From the NCBI GenBank assembly GCA_964361505.1, contig CAYIAV010000002.1:1-35623 (forward strand): 35,623 bases of DNA. Direction: 5' to 3'. The first letter of the stretch is position 1. Every line of letters begins with the position of its first letter. Under the pieces are notes generated by a model. That model worked only from the letters and a program-made list of their open reading frames with translations. It searched no databases and was not told where the DNA came from. Shown in pieces: positions 32,405 through 35,623 of this stretch. A program made the position numbers and the translations under genes. The stretch comes from Candidatus Woesearchaeota archaeon. GTDB taxonomy: Archaea; Nanobdellota; Nanobdellia; SCGC-AAA011-G17; GW2011-AR20.

Positions 32405-33328
32405 TTAAAGTTTTTCAAATATCAGAAAATGTTTAGAAGCGTATTCTATCCCCTTTTTATTAAGCTCTCCAGAAAATAAAAAAAGCAAAGGTAATTTCCT
32501 CAATTGAGAATCATTATGGGCTAAAACCAGATCAGCATCACTAATAATCTTCTTATTCCTGTATTTCACAAAAAACTTTACTTTCCCAACACTGCTAGGT
32601 ACTTCTGCAATATACTCTAGTTCAGAGCTTTTCCTAAGAATTTTTTCTTCAACAATAACAGCCTTCTTCTGAGAAAGATAATTTCTAACTGTAATTGAAG
32701 CATCGCTTTGCTCTCGAATTTTTTTAGGCTTAGGTTCTTGAATCTCTTTTTTCTCTTGAATAATTGGAATGTTATTAGGTAAATCTTCTATATCTTCTTT
32801 CAAGGCGACTTTCTCTTCTATAGCCCCTTGTTCTAAAGGGGGTATAGCCTCTGGCATTTCTAAAGGAATATCTTGAATTTTTTGTTCAGGATAATACATT
32901 TCTTTAATCAGTTGTATGGCGTCATGATCACTGATTAAATACCATCTCCAAAAGATTCCATCTTCATTCTGAATAGAATAAGCAAAGTCTCTAATTTCTC
33001 TCAAGGCAACTCTCTGCCAAGCTTCTAAGTCTTTGTCTTTCAAAATTTTATTATCTTTTAATAAATCATAAACTTTCTTGTGAACATCTTTCAAATGGTC
33101 ATAAAGAACATGTAATTTATATTCTTGCCCGTCAACATAATAAACAGGGCTTCCACCAACCTTAGCACTACTGATCCTTATTTTCTGCCTTCCAACCAGT
33201 TCACTTAATATGGCCCCTGCAAAAAATAAATTCCCGCCAAATTGCTTAGAAATCTGAATAGGCAATACAGGACCATTAACTCTAATAAAAGAAATAACCT
33301 TATCTCTAAAAGCAGGATCTTGGACCAT
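32405..33328 (-). CDS. hypothetical protein with winged-helix-like N-terminal repeats and a possible nuclease-fold C-terminus
   Basis: 307 aa. The N-terminal 60 aa look like a wHTH (VISFIRVNGPVLPIQISKQFG...). The C-terminal ELEYIAEV...VKFFVKYR is reminiscent of PD-(D/E)xK. Both readings are tentative. Confidence 0.45.
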   Translation of the reverse strand: MVQDPAFRDKVISFIRVNGPVLPIQISKQFGGNLFFAGAILSELVGRQKIRISSAKVGGSPVYYVDGQEYKLHVLYDHLKDVHKKVYDLLKDNKILKDKDLEAWQRVALREIRDFAYSIQNEDGIFWRWYLISDHDAIQLIKEMYYPEQKIQDIPLEMPEAIPPLEQGAIEEKVALKEDIEDLPNNIPIIQEKKEIQEPKPKKIREQSDASITVRNYLSQKKAVIVEEKILRKSSELEYIAEVPSSVGKVKFFVKYRNKKIISDADLVLAHNDSQLRKLPLLFLFSGELNKKGIEYASKHFLIFEKL

Positions 33329-33361
33329 AATAAATCAATAAAGATACAGGTATAAAAAGAT

Positions 33362-33583
33362 TTATACTATCTTAATTATATTTACAGGGCAATTCAATGA
33401 TACTTTTTTAGCTTCTTCAATATCAACAATCTCTATAAACCTAATAAAAACCTCTTTAACATTTTGAGATTCAATTAAATCAGATTTTCCATCTTTCTCA
33501 GAAATACGCCAGAAATGGGGTGCATATTCTACACAAGCATTACATCCTATACATTTATCTCTATAATAAAGAATTTTTGCCAT
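33362..33583 (-). CDS. small [4Fe-4S] ferredoxin
   Basis: CIGCNACVEYAP ... CPVNII, 73 aa. Overlaps the end of the U32 gene by 23 nt. Confidence 0.75.
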   Translation of the reverse strand: MAKILYYRDKCIGCNACVEYAPHFWRISEKDGKSDLIESQNVKEVFIRFIEIVDIEEAKKVSLNCPVNIIKIV

Positions 33584-34835
33584 TTGCCCTTTGGATTAAT
33601 ATATATAACTTATCTCCTGCTCTAACCTTTATAGGCAAAGGAACAGTAACATCAGTTCCCTTAGATGCAAAAAAAATTTTGTTATCATCCTTATATATAC
33701 TAGAAACACGAGATTCAACAACACCAGTAGTGGGTCCTGTAACCAAAATTTCATCTCCCTCTTTAAGAGATCCGCCATTTAAATTAAAATATGCAACATG
33801 GGATTTCATAAAGTAATTCTTAACCTTACCAACAAGAATCTTTTCCTTAGTTGATTGAGAGCCATAATCACCGCTCCACTCTCCAAGCTTCTTGCCTAAA
33901 TAATAACCGCCCTGCCAAAAACCCCTATTATAAACTGATTCAAGATCTTTAGTCCATCTATCTATCTTTTCTTTATTGTAAGTTCCTAAAAGATAAGAAT
34001 TAATTGCTTCTCTATAAGATTTAACAACAACATGTACATAATCTTCTTTTCTTCCTCTTCCTTCTATTTTTAAAACAGAAACTCCCGCATCTAGTATCTT
34101 GTCTATAAATCCAATAGTGCAAAGATCTTTAGGAGACATTACATATTTGTTGTCAATAACTAACTCGTCTCCTGTTTCTTCATCAATAACTCTATAGGCT
34201 CTTCTGCAATTCTGTAAGCATGCACCCCTATTAGCAGATGCATTGTAAGTTGCCAAGCTCATATAACATTTTCCAGAAATAGCTATACATAAAGCGCCAT
34301 GTACAAAAATCTCAACTTTCACCAAATCTCCTGAAGACCCCCTAATATCATAGCTCTTAATTTCTTCACAAATATTCTTGATTTGTTTCAAGGTTAATTC
34401 TCTAGCTAAAACAACAACATCTGAAAATTGTGCATAAAATTTAACAGATTCTATATTGCTAATATTAACTTGTGTAGAGATATGAACCTTTAGTCCTAAT
34501 GATCGTGCATACTGAATAGCAGCCATATCACTAACAATAACAGCATCAATCTCTGCATTTTTGGCAGCTTTGCATATGTCTTTCATTAGAGAAATATCAT
34601 GATCATAAAGCACAGTATTTAGTGTTAAATAAAATTTTACTCCATTTTTTTTGCAAATAGAAGCTATTTTCTTCAAATCCTCTAAAGTAAAATTATTGGC
34701 AGAACATGCTCTCATGTTCAGCTGCTCAACGCCAAAATAAACAGAATCAGTTCCAGCATTTATTGCAGCCATTAAAGACTCATAAGATCCCACAGGTGCC
34801 ATTAGCTCTATAGGTTTAAACATATCAAAAAACAT
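33561..34835 (-). CDS. peptidase U32 family protein (TrhP/RlhA-like RNA hydroxylation factor)
   Basis: ELMAPVGSYESLMAAINAGTDSVYFG, the TIM-barrel-like U32 core, the conserved Cys region (GALCIAISGKCYMS) and EGRGR. Confidence 0.8.
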   Translation of the reverse strand: MFFDMFKPIELMAPVGSYESLMAAINAGTDSVYFGVEQLNMRACSANNFTLEDLKKIASICKKNGVKFYLTLNTVLYDHDISLMKDICKAAKNAEIDAVIVSDMAAIQYARSLGLKVHISTQVNISNIESVKFYAQFSDVVVLARELTLKQIKNICEEIKSYDIRGSSGDLVKVEIFVHGALCIAISGKCYMSLATYNASANRGACLQNCRRAYRVIDEETGDELVIDNKYVMSPKDLCTIGFIDKILDAGVSVLKIEGRGRKEDYVHVVVKSYREAINSYLLGTYNKEKIDRWTKDLESVYNRGFWQGGYYLGKKLGEWSGDYGSQSTKEKILVGKVKNYFMKSHVAYFNLNGGSLKEGDEILVTGPTTGVVESRVSSIYKDDNKIFFASKGTDVTVPLPIKVRAGDKLYILIQRANGKNSLL

Positions 34836-34956
34836 ATATCAATAATTATAAGGTTTTCTAAAAATCAAATTAATTAACCGATATGACCTAATGTGCCAAG
34901 GCATAATAAAATTTTATTATAGTCATTTCAATAGCTTTGAATAATAAACTGTAATC

Positions 34957-35517
34957 TTACGGTCTAGTCCACTTAATTTCGTAGTAAGTACAATCTTCCT
35001 CTGCATCAACTATCCCCAATAGCAATCTCTTCCTTGTGCTATGAGCAACCCTGTTCTTAGCGCTAAACTCATGCCAGGTTAATGTGCTTCCCTCATGAAC
35101 TGGAAATAAAACCCATTTAGCATGATCTTCTCCAGGTTTAATTCCCCTATCATAAACCCTAAAATCGGCCCCAAATTTTAAAGCAGTTTTAACAATATAT
35201 CCTCTGCTCCTCATATCTCTATAAACAAGATACTTCAACCAAATATTGGGCTCAGTTTTCTTAGAACTTTTCAATAAAGCATCAAATTTCAAAGTTTTCT
35301 TGCCATCTTTGACATTCATCTTTCCCTTTTCCACTAAGTACAAAGCCTCAACTAAAGAATAAACTATCTTGCCGTCCTTAGGCTCACCATATCTGCTGGA
35401 ATCATACAATTCTCTAGCACTGCCTTTATCTTGAGCACTAACTTTCTCCATCAAAAACTCAGCTGCAAATTTCCTGACTTTTATCTTTTCTTCTTTAATA
35501 TTATCCTTATCACTCAT
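34957..35517 (-). CDS. endA: tRNA-splicing endonuclease, single-unit (alpha-type) subunit
   Basis: YRDMRSRGYIVKTALKFGADFRVYDRG, HAKWVLFPV and VAHSTRKRLLLGIV correspond to the catalytic Tyr/His/Lys region of archaeal EndA. Length is 186 aa. Confidence 0.85.
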   Translation of the reverse strand: MSDKDNIKEEKIKVRKFAAEFLMEKVSAQDKGSARELYDSSRYGEPKDGKIVYSLVEALYLVEKGKMNVKDGKKTLKFDALLKSSKKTEPNIWLKYLVYRDMRSRGYIVKTALKFGADFRVYDRGIKPGEDHAKWVLFPVHEGSTLTWHEFSAKNRVAHSTRKRLLLGIVDAEEDCTYYEIKWTRP

Positions 35518-35567
35518 TCCAAAGAAAGAGCATAAATTATTTAAAAGGCTTTTCTTTATCCTCTAGA

Positions 35568-35623
35568 ATGAAAATAACATTTCTTGGAACTTCTGCAATG
35601 CTTCCAACCAAAGAAAGAAACCC
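35568..35623 (+). CDS. rnz: ribonuclease Z (tRNA 3' endonuclease), N-terminal fragment running off the right edge
   Basis: MKITFLGTSAMLPTKERN matches the RNase Z N-terminus. Only 18 codons are visible. Confidence 0.6.
   Translation, partial: MKITFLGTSAMLPTKERN

Noticed and set aside
1-35623. CRISPR arrays, transposases, integrases, prophage or other mobile elements, and rRNA genes
   Set aside because: Reading both strands, I saw no regularly spaced direct repeats, no recombinase or transposase motifs, and no rRNA-like conserved blocks.

Overview
AT-rich (about 30% GC by eye), tightly packed archaeal chromosome segment with small-genome, DPANN-like traits: short proteins, Lys-rich tails, Shine-Dalgarno GGAGGT motifs and TTTATATA-type promoters. 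Most content is housekeeping. This includes gatE, rtcA, orc1/cdc6, the conserved ftsZ-secE-spt5-L11 block, L40e, aIF5A, L37Ae, RpoP, prefoldin beta, SepF, GlyRS, SppA, SRP RNA, DnaG, S17e, EndA and a partial RNase Z. I saw no transposase, integrase or CRISPR array. The main signal is RNA splicing. Three of the four tRNA genes are interrupted, with six interruptions in total and four of them at non-canonical positions: tRNA-Ser has three, tRNA-Pro two and tRNA-Ala one. The Alba gene is also split by a 31-32 nt element with the same bulge-helix-bulge (BHB) geometry and the same bulge sequences as the tRNA-Ala intron, which makes it a candidate protein-coding BHB intron. The splicing endonuclease gene lies in the same window. 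Secondary leads are: a translationally coupled trio of uncharacterised paralogs (27271-28787); an ArmA/Rmt (FmrO)-type 16S rRNA methyltransferase homolog; a TrhO + U32 peptidase + ferredoxin cluster; a Dph2 lacking its first domain; an L11 with a long C-terminal tail; a DUF4258 toxin-antitoxin pair; and several unannotated micro-ORFs and small RNAs. All homology calls come from motif recognition by eye. No searches were run.
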